Virus record (IMG/VR): IMGVR_UViG_3300017651_000190
Span: 1 to 44,641 of that record
Reading direction: 5' to 3' (one strand)
Length of the DNA: 44,641 nt
DNA from: a virus
Taxonomy: Duplodnaviria; Caudoviricetes
The notes below the pieces were generated by a model, which ran no database searches, was not told the origin of the DNA, and saw nothing but the letters and a program-made list of their open reading frames with translations. Positions within the stretch are counted from its first letter, which is position 1. Each line of letters begins with the position of its first letter. A program made the translations under genes and the position numbers. Shown in pieces: positions 7,417-16,790 of the stretch.

Positions 7417-10400
7417 TCAGACCATGTTGAAGGTGGCTGAAAGCGAAAGCCGCTGGACCACGCCGGGATCGGTGCGGATGATACGGTCGCTTTGAATGCG
7501 ATAGGTCGCCGGGCCGACCGCGGGGTTCACGTCAAAGACGGTCTCGCTGAAGATGCGCTTTTTCGTTGCATCGACGACGAGGAAGAACTCGCTATTCATC
7601 TGGTTGGCCTCGTCCCCAACCTTCACGATGCGGAAATAGTTGGTGTACGCAGGCGAAGCGCCTGACGTCCAACTGAGATGCGCCTGAATGAAAACAGGGT
7701 AGGCTTCGACGTTGTCGACGGTCACTTCGCAGATCGTCAGCCAGCCAACATTGTCGACGCGGTTGTCGATATGTGTGGTCGACTTGACGGTATTCGTGAC
7801 CGCACCGGGGGCAATCTTAATCCTCGTCACCGCCAGGTTATCGATCATGGCCGATGTGACGCGCAGGTTGCCGATGACCGCGTCGCTGATATTGCCCCAC
7901 TGCGCGACCAGCTCGTTCATGTAGACGACGCCGCCGGAGATCACGAAGGGCACGCGCCGCAGCGTACCGTCCGCATCGGTCACGACCAGCCGGCTTGCCA
8001 CCAGCGCGATCTCCGACGTGCCGTCCGAACGCGCATCCAGATAAGCAGCAGCACTTGCCGCCGCCGTCGCAGAACTGGCGGCGACGCTGAGCACGATGCG
8101 GGACTCGGAGCCGGCGGGCGTTGCGCTGGTGAAGATGCGCAGCAGGCCGCCGGCCGCGTTGTCGCCGACCAGGCTGTTGAGCTGGGCAATGAAGTTGCTC
8201 TGCGCCGCGACATCGGTCACGAGCTGAGGGATGCGCTGATCGTCCGACATCACCCAGCCGCCGGCGCCAACGGCAGTCGCGACAAAGATGACGTTGTCCG
8301 GCGTCATTATCCAGAGGTCGCCGACCGCGGTCGCGGTGGGCGCGGTCGGCTGGCGGAACACCCTGTTGCGGCCGTTGGCCGTCGTCTCCACCGCGGTGAC
8401 CTGGCTTTGCAGAGCAAGGATCAGCGACGATTGCCCGGCGATCTGGCCTTCCGCCGTGGTGATGCGCGCGCTGTAATCGTCCAGCCGCTGCGACACGACG
8501 ACCATCTTGCCGTCGATCACGTCGATGCGGCTGGTGAGCACACTGACGATGCCGGAGACGCCGGCAAGCCCGGTTTCGGCATTGCCCATGCGTGTGTCGA
8601 GCGCGATGAGTTGCTGCGCGATGGACGAGGTCGGCCCGGTCGCCGCGATGATCTCCTCGCGGAAGCTGGCACGCGCCGCCTGATCCGTGGCGGTGATTTC
8701 GCGGCGGATGATCTGCGCCTGCGTGTAGTTGCGGGCGATGGCCTCCCAATCGAACACCGCGTTGCGGCGGATGTCCTCAAGCTGCTCGCGAGTGCCGCGG
8801 GCCGCCCAGTTCTCCAGCTCCTGCACCCGCCGGATGATGCCGGCATAGTCGATGTCGGTGTTCGGGGCGGCCGGAGTGGTGAATGGCATCCAGTCCGACC
8901 ACAGCGTTTCGCGCGCCGTGCCTGGGATGTAGCGGCCCCGCGCCTGATAGCCGGTGCTGGAGAAGATATTCTGCGAGATGTACGCGGACCCCGCAGCGAC
9001 GCGATCCGTGCGCCCGGTGTGAACCGCGACGAGGTCTATGGCGCGACGAACCTCCCATTCGACGGCAACAACATCCAGCTGGTTGCCGTCCCATCCGAGA
9101 AGGCCGCATGCCTGCTGCGCACCGTTCGCGCCGGTCACGATCGTGCCGTCGGCGCTCCAGTCGCGCAGCGGCTGCGGTGCGGGCCAGCGCGGCGTAACCG
9201 GAACGATGGCGTATGGGAGCTTGTCACTCGGCCGCCAGACATAGTCGGTCGGGTCGGTCTCGTGCGAGCCGACCGTCTGGTTCACGTTCGGTTGGTCGTC
9301 GATACCGTCGACCCAGAACAGCTTCGAGACGAAGCCCTCTGCAACCGAGGTCACCGAAATCGTGTCCAAGGGCTCCAGTACGTAGGCGGACGGCGGCAGC
9401 GTCTGCGTCAGCCTGCGGAACCGCCGGCCGTCGAGCACCAGCGCCTGCTGAAGGCGCTGCACCTGGAGCGGGAACGGGACGGCGTTGAACTCCAGCGGGG
9501 CGAGACGTTGCTGACCCTGGTCCTCGGCTTCCAGCGCCGGGAATAGCGCCTTGGGCGCTTCCTTCATCTCCCAGCCCGTCTCCGGGTCCGGATAGGACGA
9601 GCTGGCGCCGTTGAACGTCTCCTCCAAGCCGCGGAAGGGATCGACCTCCTGCTCTTCGGTGACGACGACATTGTTCTCGTCGGTGAAGTAGACCGGCAGC
9701 GGCGGCGCGCCGACATGGATCTTGTAGATGCCACCGACTTCCGTCATGCGGCCGTTGCAAGACTTCAGCAGCTCGTTGATGACCTCAATCGGCTGATGCT
9801 CGCGCACCTTGATCTCGTAGCCGGCACGGTACTGCTTTTCCTTGACGTCGGGACTGCCGCCGGTGCCGGTCGCGATGACGACCTCGACATCGCACTCGTT
9901 CATGGCCGCGAACCAGTTCGCCAGCGGCAGGCGGGAGGCGGAGATCGCCGGCCCGTAGATGCGTTTCCCCTGATAGTAGATGCCGCGCAGGATGTTGTAG
10001 ACCATCACCGCCGGGTTGTCGGAGAAGGCATAGGTCGCCTCCTGCCCCCACCGCTGCGGGCCGGAACCGCCGACGCTGCTATCCTTGCGCGGGTCGTAGA
10101 GCTTGAGGCCCTGCACCTCGAACACAGCCTGCGGGATGCTGCTGAAAAGCTCCTTCTTCACCTCTGCGGTGAGCACGACATAGGCCGTGCCGCGACCGAT
10201 CCGGTTTGCCGTCCAAGGGTCTTCAGGATCGTTGGAGAACCAGGAAACGAGGTTCGGGTCCGCAGCGGTCTGGTCGCCGAGATAGTATTTGGCGAACAGC
10301 ACGTAGTTCGACGTCGGCGCCCATGCATATTCCTTGATCGGCAGCGAGCCCGGCCCGAAGTAGGCATGTGCGTTGGGAGGAAACGTCGCGCCCGGATCGC

Positions 10401-10827
10401 GCGTGCACTTCTGCTTGTTGACCCACAGCGTGTTGCTGATGCTGGCGACCGGCAGGTTCGACACCACCAGCACCTGCGCCAGACCGGCATTCGGTGTACT
10501 GCCGACCTGGCCATATTCGTTGATGTAGTAGAGCGTCGGCGCGGCGGCGTAGGTGCCGATGATGAAGACGGCCGAATGATCGCCGCCGATGCGCACTTCC
10601 GACGTGATGCCCGGCTGATTGCTCTTGCCCGTGATCGACTTGATCAGGCTGGAGCCGATCTTCAAGGCAATGCCGAAGGCGAGCTTCAGCAGCGTCGCCG
10701 CAATACCGCCAGCCTTCAGGATTGCCCCGACGCCGGCGATCAGCGCAGAGATGGGCTCCGCATGGGCGAACGACACCCATGCGAGCATGAACCATACGGT
10801 CCACGCCGCGATGCGCAGAAGCTTCAT
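7417..10827 (-). CDS. Tail tip / central fibre host-specificity protein (lambda J-like)
   Basis: G.KLYDPRKDS..GG.G..R, SDNPA...YNIL motifs; coiled-coil stalk; PFVISGGVVY DUF1983-like region; 1136 aa. Confidence 0.88.
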   Translation of the reverse strand: MKLLRIAAWTVWFMLAWVSFAHAEPISALIAGVGAILKAGGIAATLLKLAFGIALKIGSSLIKSITGKSNQPGITSEVRIGGDHSAVFIIGTYAAAPTLYYINEYGQVGSTPNAGLAQVLVVSNLPVASISNTLWVNKQKCTRDPGATFPPNAHAYFGPGSLPIKEYAWAPTSNYVLFAKYYLGDQTAADPNLVSWFSNDPEDPWTANRIGRGTAYVVLTAEVKKELFSSIPQAVFEVQGLKLYDPRKDSSVGGSGPQRWGQEATYAFSDNPAVMVYNILRGIYYQGKRIYGPAISASRLPLANWFAAMNECDVEVVIATGTGGSPDVKEKQYRAGYEIKVREHQPIEVINELLKSCNGRMTEVGGIYKIHVGAPPLPVYFTDENNVVVTEEQEVDPFRGLEETFNGASSSYPDPETGWEMKEAPKALFPALEAEDQGQQRLAPLEFNAVPFPLQVQRLQQALVLDGRRFRRLTQTLPPSAYVLEPLDTISVTSVAEGFVSKLFWVDGIDDQPNVNQTVGSHETDPTDYVWRPSDKLPYAIVPVTPRWPAPQPLRDWSADGTIVTGANGAQQACGLLGWDGNQLDVVAVEWEVRRAIDLVAVHTGRTDRVAAGSAYISQNIFSSTGYQARGRYIPGTARETLWSDWMPFTTPAAPNTDIDYAGIIRRVQELENWAARGTREQLEDIRRNAVFDWEAIARNYTQAQIIRREITATDQAARASFREEIIAATGPTSSIAQQLIALDTRMGNAETGLAGVSGIVSVLTSRIDVIDGKMVVVSQRLDDYSARITTAEGQIAGQSSLILALQSQVTAVETTANGRNRVFRQPTAPTATAVGDLWIMTPDNVIFVATAVGAGGWVMSDDQRIPQLVTDVAAQSNFIAQLNSLVGDNAAGGLLRIFTSATPAGSESRIVLSVAASSATAAASAAAYLDARSDGTSEIALVASRLVVTDADGTLRRVPFVISGGVVYMNELVAQWGNISDAVIGNLRVTSAMIDNLAVTRIKIAPGAVTNTVKSTTHIDNRVDNVGWLTICEVTVDNVEAYPVFIQAHLSWTSGASPAYTNYFRIVKVGDEANQMNSEFFLVVDATKKRIFSETVFDVNPAVGPATYRIQSDRIIRTDPGVVQRLSLSATFNMV

Positions 10828-10848
10828 GATCGCCCTGAATGAATGAGG

Positions 10849-11271
10849 TCAGTCTGTGTGCGGCACGCGGAAAGCGCGGGATGCACGAAGAAGGTCGACA
10901 GTGCCGATGCCGGTCACATCAGGCCCCACGACATAGATGCGCGGCCCCTGCACCACGCCGAGCGCGATCACATCGCCCTCGGGCACGACGGCGATGTCGC
11001 CGACGCCCGCAAGCGCTGGCGCGATCTCTTCGAAGAGCGACGCGGTCAGCGCCGCCTGATCGGCGAAGCCGTCGCGCCGCAGCACCCGCAGTCCGCCCAG
11101 CAGCGTCGTGTAGCGGCCGCGATATGGGGCAGCGAAGTCCTCGCCCGTCATGGCCTCGACAGCCCCAGCCGCGAAAAGCGCGCAATCATGTCTGCCCCAT
11201 TGAAAGGGTATTGGGGCAACCGCCTGCATGTAGGCCAGCAGTGCCGGGCGCCAGTCGTGCCTGCGCTTCAT
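10849..11271 (-). CDS. Tail tip assembly protein, NlpC/P60-like (DUF6950-like)
   Basis: PFQWGRHDCALFAAGAVEAMTG motif; position upstream of the J-like gene. Confidence 0.8.
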   Translation of the reverse strand: MKRRHDWRPALLAYMQAVAPIPFQWGRHDCALFAAGAVEAMTGEDFAAPYRGRYTTLLGGLRVLRRDGFADQAALTASLFEEIAPALAGVGDIAVVPEGDVIALGVVQGPRIYVVGPDVTGIGTVDLLRASRAFRVPHTD

Positions 11272-11936
11272 CGTTGTGGCCTCGGCGTCGCGTTCGTGGC
11301 CGTCGTCGGCTTGCTCGCCTGCCCCCAGGTGATGTTCTGGACGCGCCCGCCCATCGTATCGAGCCCCTTGCCGAACTCGTCGCCGCCCCGATCCAGATAG
11401 AACTGCTCGTTCTGGGTCAGGCGCTCGACGAAGGTGAGCTTGCGGCTGTCCGACACACAGGCGATCTCGATGCCGCCTTCGCCGCCCACGGCGGGAATGC
11501 GCTTCGGGGCTGCATTGATCCAGCCTATGAAGCGCGGCAGGGCCGGAGCGACCATCAGCTGGGTATCCGGATCGAGATAGCCGCGATGCAGCTGCACTGG
11601 GGCATGCTTCGGGTCGTAGCCCTGAATGGCCTGAAGAACAGCGGCATTCAGGTTGCTGAGCCGGATGCGGATCGTCCGCACCTCAAGCCCCACCTTGAGC
11701 GGGATCGCCGGCCATTCCAGCACGCCGCCGCCCGCATAGTAGGTGCGCGTGACCGGCAGGCCCGTATCCGGGTCGATCACGGCCACATCCTTGCTGTCCC
11801 ACAGCGACGACAGGCCCATGGTCTCCGTCTCGCCCGTCGCCCGATTGCGGCCCTCGATCCAGAGGAAGTTGACCGGCGCAATGCCGCTCTTCGACTGAAG
11901 TGCGGCGGCTGTCGCGCTGTCGATATGGTCTCTCAT
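11268..11936 (-). CDS. Tail tip/hub protein (gpL-like)
   Basis: Synteny Dit-hub-NlpC-J; C-terminal ITWG motif. Confidence 0.7.
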   Translation of the reverse strand: MRDHIDSATAAALQSKSGIAPVNFLWIEGRNRATGETETMGLSSLWDSKDVAVIDPDTGLPVTRTYYAGGGVLEWPAIPLKVGLEVRTIRIRLSNLNAAVLQAIQGYDPKHAPVQLHRGYLDPDTQLMVAPALPRFIGWINAAPKRIPAVGGEGGIEIACVSDSRKLTFVERLTQNEQFYLDRGGDEFGKGLDTMGGRVQNITWGQASKPTTATNATPRPQR

Positions 11937-13030
11937 GGCCGTTGCATGACCTCGAATTGCATTCCCTCGGTCACCATCGAACGGGCGGTGCCTGGGTCGA
12001 ATGTCTCAGGGACGATGAACACCTTAGCGGCCGGCTTGCGCAGCGTGACCGACAAGCCCGTCGTGATGCCGGAGGCGAGATGCGGGCGCACTTCAAACAG
12101 CGGCGTCAGCCCGGCGGCGTCAGCCGCCACCGTCTCGACGATGCGATGAAATGCCCGGCGAGTTGGGCTCGATCCGTAGTCATACGAGAGGTAGTCGCCT
12201 GCGGTTAGAACGTAGCCAGAAGGAAGACCGCTCAGCCGCAGAGATTTATTATTGGCTCCAACCGAGTTGATAGCCGGTGTTCTGGTCGCGCCCGCGACAG
12301 CTAGATGGGCATCATCGAAATAGACCGCCGGCGCCGCGCTGGACGGATAGAGGCGCGGCCTGATGACCGCTGTCGCCGTTCCTGCAGGCGCAACCGCCTC
12401 GATTGCCACACGGGTCCAGTCTGTTGATGCCGGGTTGGTCGTGATACCGGCAAAGCTCAGGCTGGCATTAGCGCCATCAAGGAACTGAATGATGAGGCCG
12501 ATGCCTGTGCTTGTGGCGACATCGCTTCTCACCCAAACGCTCGCCCGACAAAGCGCGCCGGCCGACGCCGGCCTTCCCTGATAGATCTCGGCATAGGTCG
12601 TTGCCGGACGGTCGAGCCGCATCGAATACGTGCCCGAGCGTGCAGCATCGCTGGTGACGGTTCCGCCACCGACACCGCCGGCGCTCCACGACGAGGAGCC
12701 ACCCTCGAAACCGCCGTTGAACAGCATATTGTCGAGCAACGCGCCGTCAGGATCAGCGGACGGGTAAGCCTTCTGCGGCGCGTACAGGTAGAAGCTGCGC
12801 ATCGGGCCGTCGAGGCTTTCGATCAGTGCCTGCACCTGCGCAGCCTGATCGTGGTACATCGTCGCCAGCGTCACCGTGCCCTTGATGCGCGGCGGTGCGA
12901 GCTGCGCCGCAAGCACATCACCGGAACCCATGCCGGAAATCTGGTCGAAGCGCTGCAGCTGCCACTTCACCGTCTCGATGCGGAGAATGTCGGCGAAGCT
13001 GTTGAGCGGGAGAGGATCAGGAAGAGCCAT
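11933..13030 (-). CDS. Distal tail protein with an inserted carbohydrate-binding (CBM4/9-like) domain
   Basis: Follows the TMP; insert NMLFNGGFEG...ARSGTYS...ASVWVRS...YFDDAHL. Confidence 0.75.
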   Translation of the reverse strand: MALPDPLPLNSFADILRIETVKWQLQRFDQISGMGSGDVLAAQLAPPRIKGTVTLATMYHDQAAQVQALIESLDGPMRSFYLYAPQKAYPSADPDGALLDNMLFNGGFEGGSSSWSAGGVGGGTVTSDAARSGTYSMRLDRPATTYAEIYQGRPASAGALCRASVWVRSDVATSTGIGLIIQFLDGANASLSFAGITTNPASTDWTRVAIEAVAPAGTATAVIRPRLYPSSAAPAVYFDDAHLAVAGATRTPAINSVGANNKSLRLSGLPSGYVLTAGDYLSYDYGSSPTRRAFHRIVETVAADAAGLTPLFEVRPHLASGITTGLSVTLRKPAAKVFIVPETFDPGTARSMVTEGMQFEVMQRP

Positions 13031-13036
13031 TATCGG

Positions 13037-15406
13037 TCAGCCTACGCCATGCGGGTCGCTGGCGATCTGGTTGACCCGATGGGGCAGAACCTCACGGTCG
13101 TAGTGCGTGAGCGCCTGTTCCATCTGGACTTCCGTCGCTTTCTGAAGCCGCTCCTGAAGTTCCTTGTCGCCCGTGCCCGAAACAGTGACCTTCATGTCGA
13201 ACGTCAGGTGCTGAGCCGCTGCCGTCTGGCCGGTGGGCCTTGCCTGCGCGGTCGGCGCCGCCAGCGCCCGCGTGTTCTGGTTCGCCGGCATACGTACCGC
13301 CGTCAGGTTCGATGCCAACTGCATCGCCTTCGCAGCAGGGTTGGCCGACGCGACCGACGCGCCCCCGAGGATATCGATGATGGGGGTCAGGCCGTTGGAG
13401 CCGAAGCCACCGCCGCCGCCGAAGCCGAACAGGCTCCCGAGCCAGCCCCAGATGCCGCCACCGCCCGAGCCGGCGTTGTTGACCTTGAACAGCGCGTCCA
13501 GAACGTCGTTCAGCAGCTTGTCGACGATCTTGTCGAGGGCGTTCAGCGCCGCGTTGGCGAAGCTCTCCCAGATGGACTTGCCCTGCTCCAGCCCGTTGCG
13601 GAAATCGTCGATGAACCCCTTCGTCAGGCTCTTGGCGAAGGCCATCGCCTCGCGTGCCCGCTTCGTGGCCGCCTCGATGCCGGCCATCGTCTCGGCCAGC
13701 ATCTTCATGTAAGCGGCCTGCTGCGGCGTAAGCTCGATGCCCTTCTGCTGCGCCTGATTGAGCAGGTCCTGCTCGTACCGCAGCGCGGCGGCCGCCTCCT
13801 CGGTCATGCCGAGGGCGTCCTGTTCGGCCAGAAGCGAGGCTATGCGACGATCCGCGCCGTCGATGATGTCCTGATACTTCTCCTCGTCCGTCTTGCCGCC
13901 ACGGCCCTTCTTTTTCTTGTCATCGACCGTCGTCATCCATTTGGCGAGTTCCTTCAGCTTCTCGGTCGCTGTGGAGGCGCCGCGGGAAATGCCGGCGCCG
14001 AAGTCCCCGAGCGGATCGGAGCCCATGATGCCCTTGATGTTGGCAGCATGCTTCGCGTTGGCCGCGTCGAAGTCGGCACCGCCGCCGGGGTCCAATCGAC
14101 CGAACGACACACTGTTTGGAATGAGGCCAGTGCCCCAGATTTCACTGGCCTTTCCGCCAATTGCATCCGCGATACCCGCACCGGGCGTGATCGCGCGGTA
14201 GAACGCCTTGATCTTGGGAAGCAGGACGTTGATGGCTACCTCAAAGCCAGCGATGAGCATGTTTCCAGCGCCGGTTGCCGCCTTCTGCATGATCGCCGGA
14301 AGCTGCTCCCAGATGAACTGCACGTCGGCGAACGCCGCCCGGAACGAGTTGATGATGAAGTTCCCGACCGTCTTGAGGACGCCAACGACATCCACGCCCA
14401 AGGCGCGCTCGATCTCGTCGCGGAAGATATTGAGCGCCGCGACGGCGGCGGTGATGCCGATAACGAGAGCCACGCCGGGGTTAGCAGCAGCCATCGCGCC
14501 AGCCGCAATCACAGCGCTCACCGCGAGGCGGCCAAGCAGCGCGATCACCTGCACGATGCCCATGACGATAGCCGGGGCATAGAGCAGCGCCAGCCCGGCC
14601 GCCGCCATCGCGGCATATGGGGCGATTGTCTCAAGGGCGCCGGCCAGCGCCACGAGGGCCGATGCGGCGAGCTTGGCCCAATCGACCATCTGGAGCCCGG
14701 CAGCAACGAGCGCAATGGCGCCGATCGTCACGAGCGAAAGCGGACTGATGATCGATGTGAAGGCCGCAGCCAGCCCGGACGCGGCGCTCTGGCCGCTCGC
14801 CTTCATCTGTTCGAAGACAGCGGAAAGCTGCGTGCCCTGCTGAAGCGCGATCTGGAGCGGGTTCATGCCCATCGCAGCGGTGACGCCGATGTCCTGAAAC
14901 TGCGCGGCGATGTTGGCCGTGTTGAATGCGCCCGGCCGGACGACCGCGCCCTTGCGGTTGGCTCCACTGAGGGCATTGTCGAGGGTCTTGGCCGCCAGCG
15001 CGCTGTCGCGGAGCTGCTGAGCATGCCGGCGCTCAAGGCCGGTGAGCACCGTCACCGCATGCTGCGGCGTGGTGTAGCCGAGGGCGACGGCATTCGCCAT
15101 ATCGATCGCGGCCCGCTCTGCTTCTCGGCGTAGCTGAGCCTCCAGACGATGCGTCTTGGACAGCGTGGCCTGCCAACGCTCCATCGCGCGTTCTTCGGCC
15201 GTGCGGCGCGTCACCGACTGCGTGGTGATCGCGATGCCCTGCTCCTGCGCAGCGGCAAACTTCGCCATCGCGGCGTTGTAGCGATCAATCGCGCCCGTCG
15301 ACCGATCCGTTGCCTGACCGGCATCTATCATCTTGTCTTCGAAGCGATCGAGCACGCCAAGCGCGCCATCGCCACGAACGACAAGTTCGGTTACAGCTTC
15401 GGTCAT
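13037..15406 (-). CDS. Tail tape measure protein
   Basis: 789 aa, Ala-rich helical; NIAAQFQDIGVT...NPLQIALQQGTQL lambda TMP motif. Confidence 0.93.
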   Translation of the reverse strand: MTEAVTELVVRGDGALGVLDRFEDKMIDAGQATDRSTGAIDRYNAAMAKFAAAQEQGIAITTQSVTRRTAEERAMERWQATLSKTHRLEAQLRREAERAAIDMANAVALGYTTPQHAVTVLTGLERRHAQQLRDSALAAKTLDNALSGANRKGAVVRPGAFNTANIAAQFQDIGVTAAMGMNPLQIALQQGTQLSAVFEQMKASGQSAASGLAAAFTSIISPLSLVTIGAIALVAAGLQMVDWAKLAASALVALAGALETIAPYAAMAAAGLALLYAPAIVMGIVQVIALLGRLAVSAVIAAGAMAAANPGVALVIGITAAVAALNIFRDEIERALGVDVVGVLKTVGNFIINSFRAAFADVQFIWEQLPAIMQKAATGAGNMLIAGFEVAINVLLPKIKAFYRAITPGAGIADAIGGKASEIWGTGLIPNSVSFGRLDPGGGADFDAANAKHAANIKGIMGSDPLGDFGAGISRGASTATEKLKELAKWMTTVDDKKKKGRGGKTDEEKYQDIIDGADRRIASLLAEQDALGMTEEAAAALRYEQDLLNQAQQKGIELTPQQAAYMKMLAETMAGIEAATKRAREAMAFAKSLTKGFIDDFRNGLEQGKSIWESFANAALNALDKIVDKLLNDVLDALFKVNNAGSGGGGIWGWLGSLFGFGGGGGFGSNGLTPIIDILGGASVASANPAAKAMQLASNLTAVRMPANQNTRALAAPTAQARPTGQTAAAQHLTFDMKVTVSGTGDKELQERLQKATEVQMEQALTHYDREVLPHRVNQIASDPHGVG

Positions 15407-15425
15407 TGATTTCCTTGGGGGAAAA

Positions 15426-15881
15426 ATGAAGACGATATTGACGATGCTTGCGGCAGCAGTTGCCGCCTATAGTCATCCCGCCGCTGCCGAGACCGATCCT
15501 CGCGCGGTTGAGGAGTGCAAGGTCACGAGCGCGACCTTCGTGCAAATCTCGGAATGTGTTCCGATCGCGCACGTCGCCTTTCGGACGATGGACGCGTTTC
15601 AAGCGATCTATCCGCAAGAGGCGCAGCCGCTGGCCGATAGATGCCGAGAGCTAAACAGCGACCGCATCGTAGGCACGGAAGCGTGTGTTCGGACGGCAAT
15701 TGACGCCGCCGTCCAGCTTCAAGCCTCGATGCCCGCCGGATCAGCGATAGAAGACCCTATATTCAATGCGGTTCGCTCCGACGAACTGCGTCGAAAGCTC
15801 TCGGCCGAGATCCAGAAAGCGAGATCAGATTTCCCTGATATCCGGCTTTGGGGCGGCGGCTCGTACCAGCCCTATCGCTGA
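15426..15881 (+). CDS. Moron: predicted exported protein with 4 Cys
   Basis: MKTILTMLAAAVAAYSHPAAA-ET signal peptide; opposite strand between the tail chaperone and TMP genes. Confidence 0.7.
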   Translation: MKTILTMLAAAVAAYSHPAAAETDPRAVEECKVTSATFVQISECVPIAHVAFRTMDAFQAIYPQEAQPLADRCRELNSDRIVGTEACVRTAIDAAVQLQASMPAGSAIEDPIFNAVRSDELRRKLSAEIQKARSDFPDIRLWGGGSYQPYR

Positions 15882-16273
15882 TCCTGATGGCCTTCATCCT
15901 GCTTGCGGCTAATCTCAGCCAGCCAGGCATCGTCGAGGTCTTCAATCACCTCGACCTCCCACGGCGCCAGCCGCACGCCCGACAGCCGCATGAAGGCGTC
16001 GATGTCGCCCCACTCGATCGGCGAGGCGCTGAAGCCGTTGCCGCCCCGGCGGCGCCTGATGCGCGTAAAGGCACGCCATAGATAGGCCACGGCGGGCGGA
16101 AGCTCGGGCACCGTAAGCTCAGCTTCCAGTTCTGCCCGCCGCTCAGCCGTCCGGGCGCGCTTCAGAAGGCCCTCAAGGGTCTCCCGAAGCGTGTGCCCTT
16201 CCTTGTCCCGCGCACCGAGCGCAAAGACCCGCTCCGCGTGCTCGATCAGGCCGCCGCGGAGCGCTTGGTAAAA
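15872..16273 (-). CDS. Tail assembly chaperone GT extension (-1 frame)
   Basis: The -1 frame is open from TTT TAC (16273) through FYQALRGGLIEHAERVF...VPELPPAVAYLW...WEVEVI..LD to the stop at 15872. Confidence 0.8.
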   Translation of the reverse strand, partial: FYQALRGGLIEHAERVFALGARDKEGHTLRETLEGLLKRARTAERRAELEAELTVPELPPAVAYLWRAFTRIRRRRGGNGFSASPIEWGDIDAFMRLSGVRLAPWEVEVIEDLDDAWLAEISRKQDEGHQDQR

Positions 16274-16692
16274 GACCCGAGGTCGGACAGGAACTCCAGC
16301 GCCTGCGTCAGCAGCCCGACACGGCGCGGATCGATCAGGAGGGCTCGGGCATTTTCGACGTTGAACTGGTATTCCTGACCGTCGATCTTGACCGGCGACC
16401 AGCCGACGAGACGTTCCACGATCTGCATCACGTTGCGCTCGCGCACCTGATCAATGCTCTCGTCCGGAGCCTTCCACTTCTTGCCGTTGGTGACGGCCTG
16501 TTCCTTCAGGCGCTCCTCAGACAGGCGCTCGCGCGCGATCCGGTTGCTCTGCTCCACCGTCTTCGGGTGGCCCGGTCCTGCAAACGTCCAGACCCATCCG
16601 GTCGGCTTGCCGTTCACCTCAACCACCATGTCGGCGGTATCCGAGGCTTCCAGATCGGTCATTGAAAATTCGGTGATTTCGGTCTTGCTCAT
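16246..16692 (-). CDS. Tail assembly chaperone G
   Basis: MSKTEITEF start with AAGGA RBS; lies between the tail tube and TMP genes. Confidence 0.85.
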   Translation of the reverse strand: MSKTEITEFSMTDLEASDTADMVVEVNGKPTGWVWTFAGPGHPKTVEQSNRIARERLSEERLKEQAVTNGKKWKAPDESIDQVRERNVMQIVERLVGWSPVKIDGQEYQFNVENARALLIDPRRVGLLTQALEFLSDLGSFTKRSAAA

Positions 16693-16790
16693 GCTGATGG
16701 TCCTTTGCCGGAAGGGTTGACGGCGGGGACCGGCATCCCGCCGCCTGTCGTGCGCACAGACATCGCCCCGGTAGCCGGCCGGGATTGCTG

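Noticed and set aside
7678-9546. Long + strand ORF (622 aa); similarly 9715-10842, 12851-15133, 17158-18336, 23762-25966, 29970-31625 and 34249-35835
   Set aside because: Antisense shadows of genuine high-GC phage genes; no motifs or RBS
5742-10827. Diversity-generating retroelement or invertible tail-fibre cassette
   Set aside because: No reverse transcriptase or invertase, and no template/variable repeat pair or inverted crossover sites were seen
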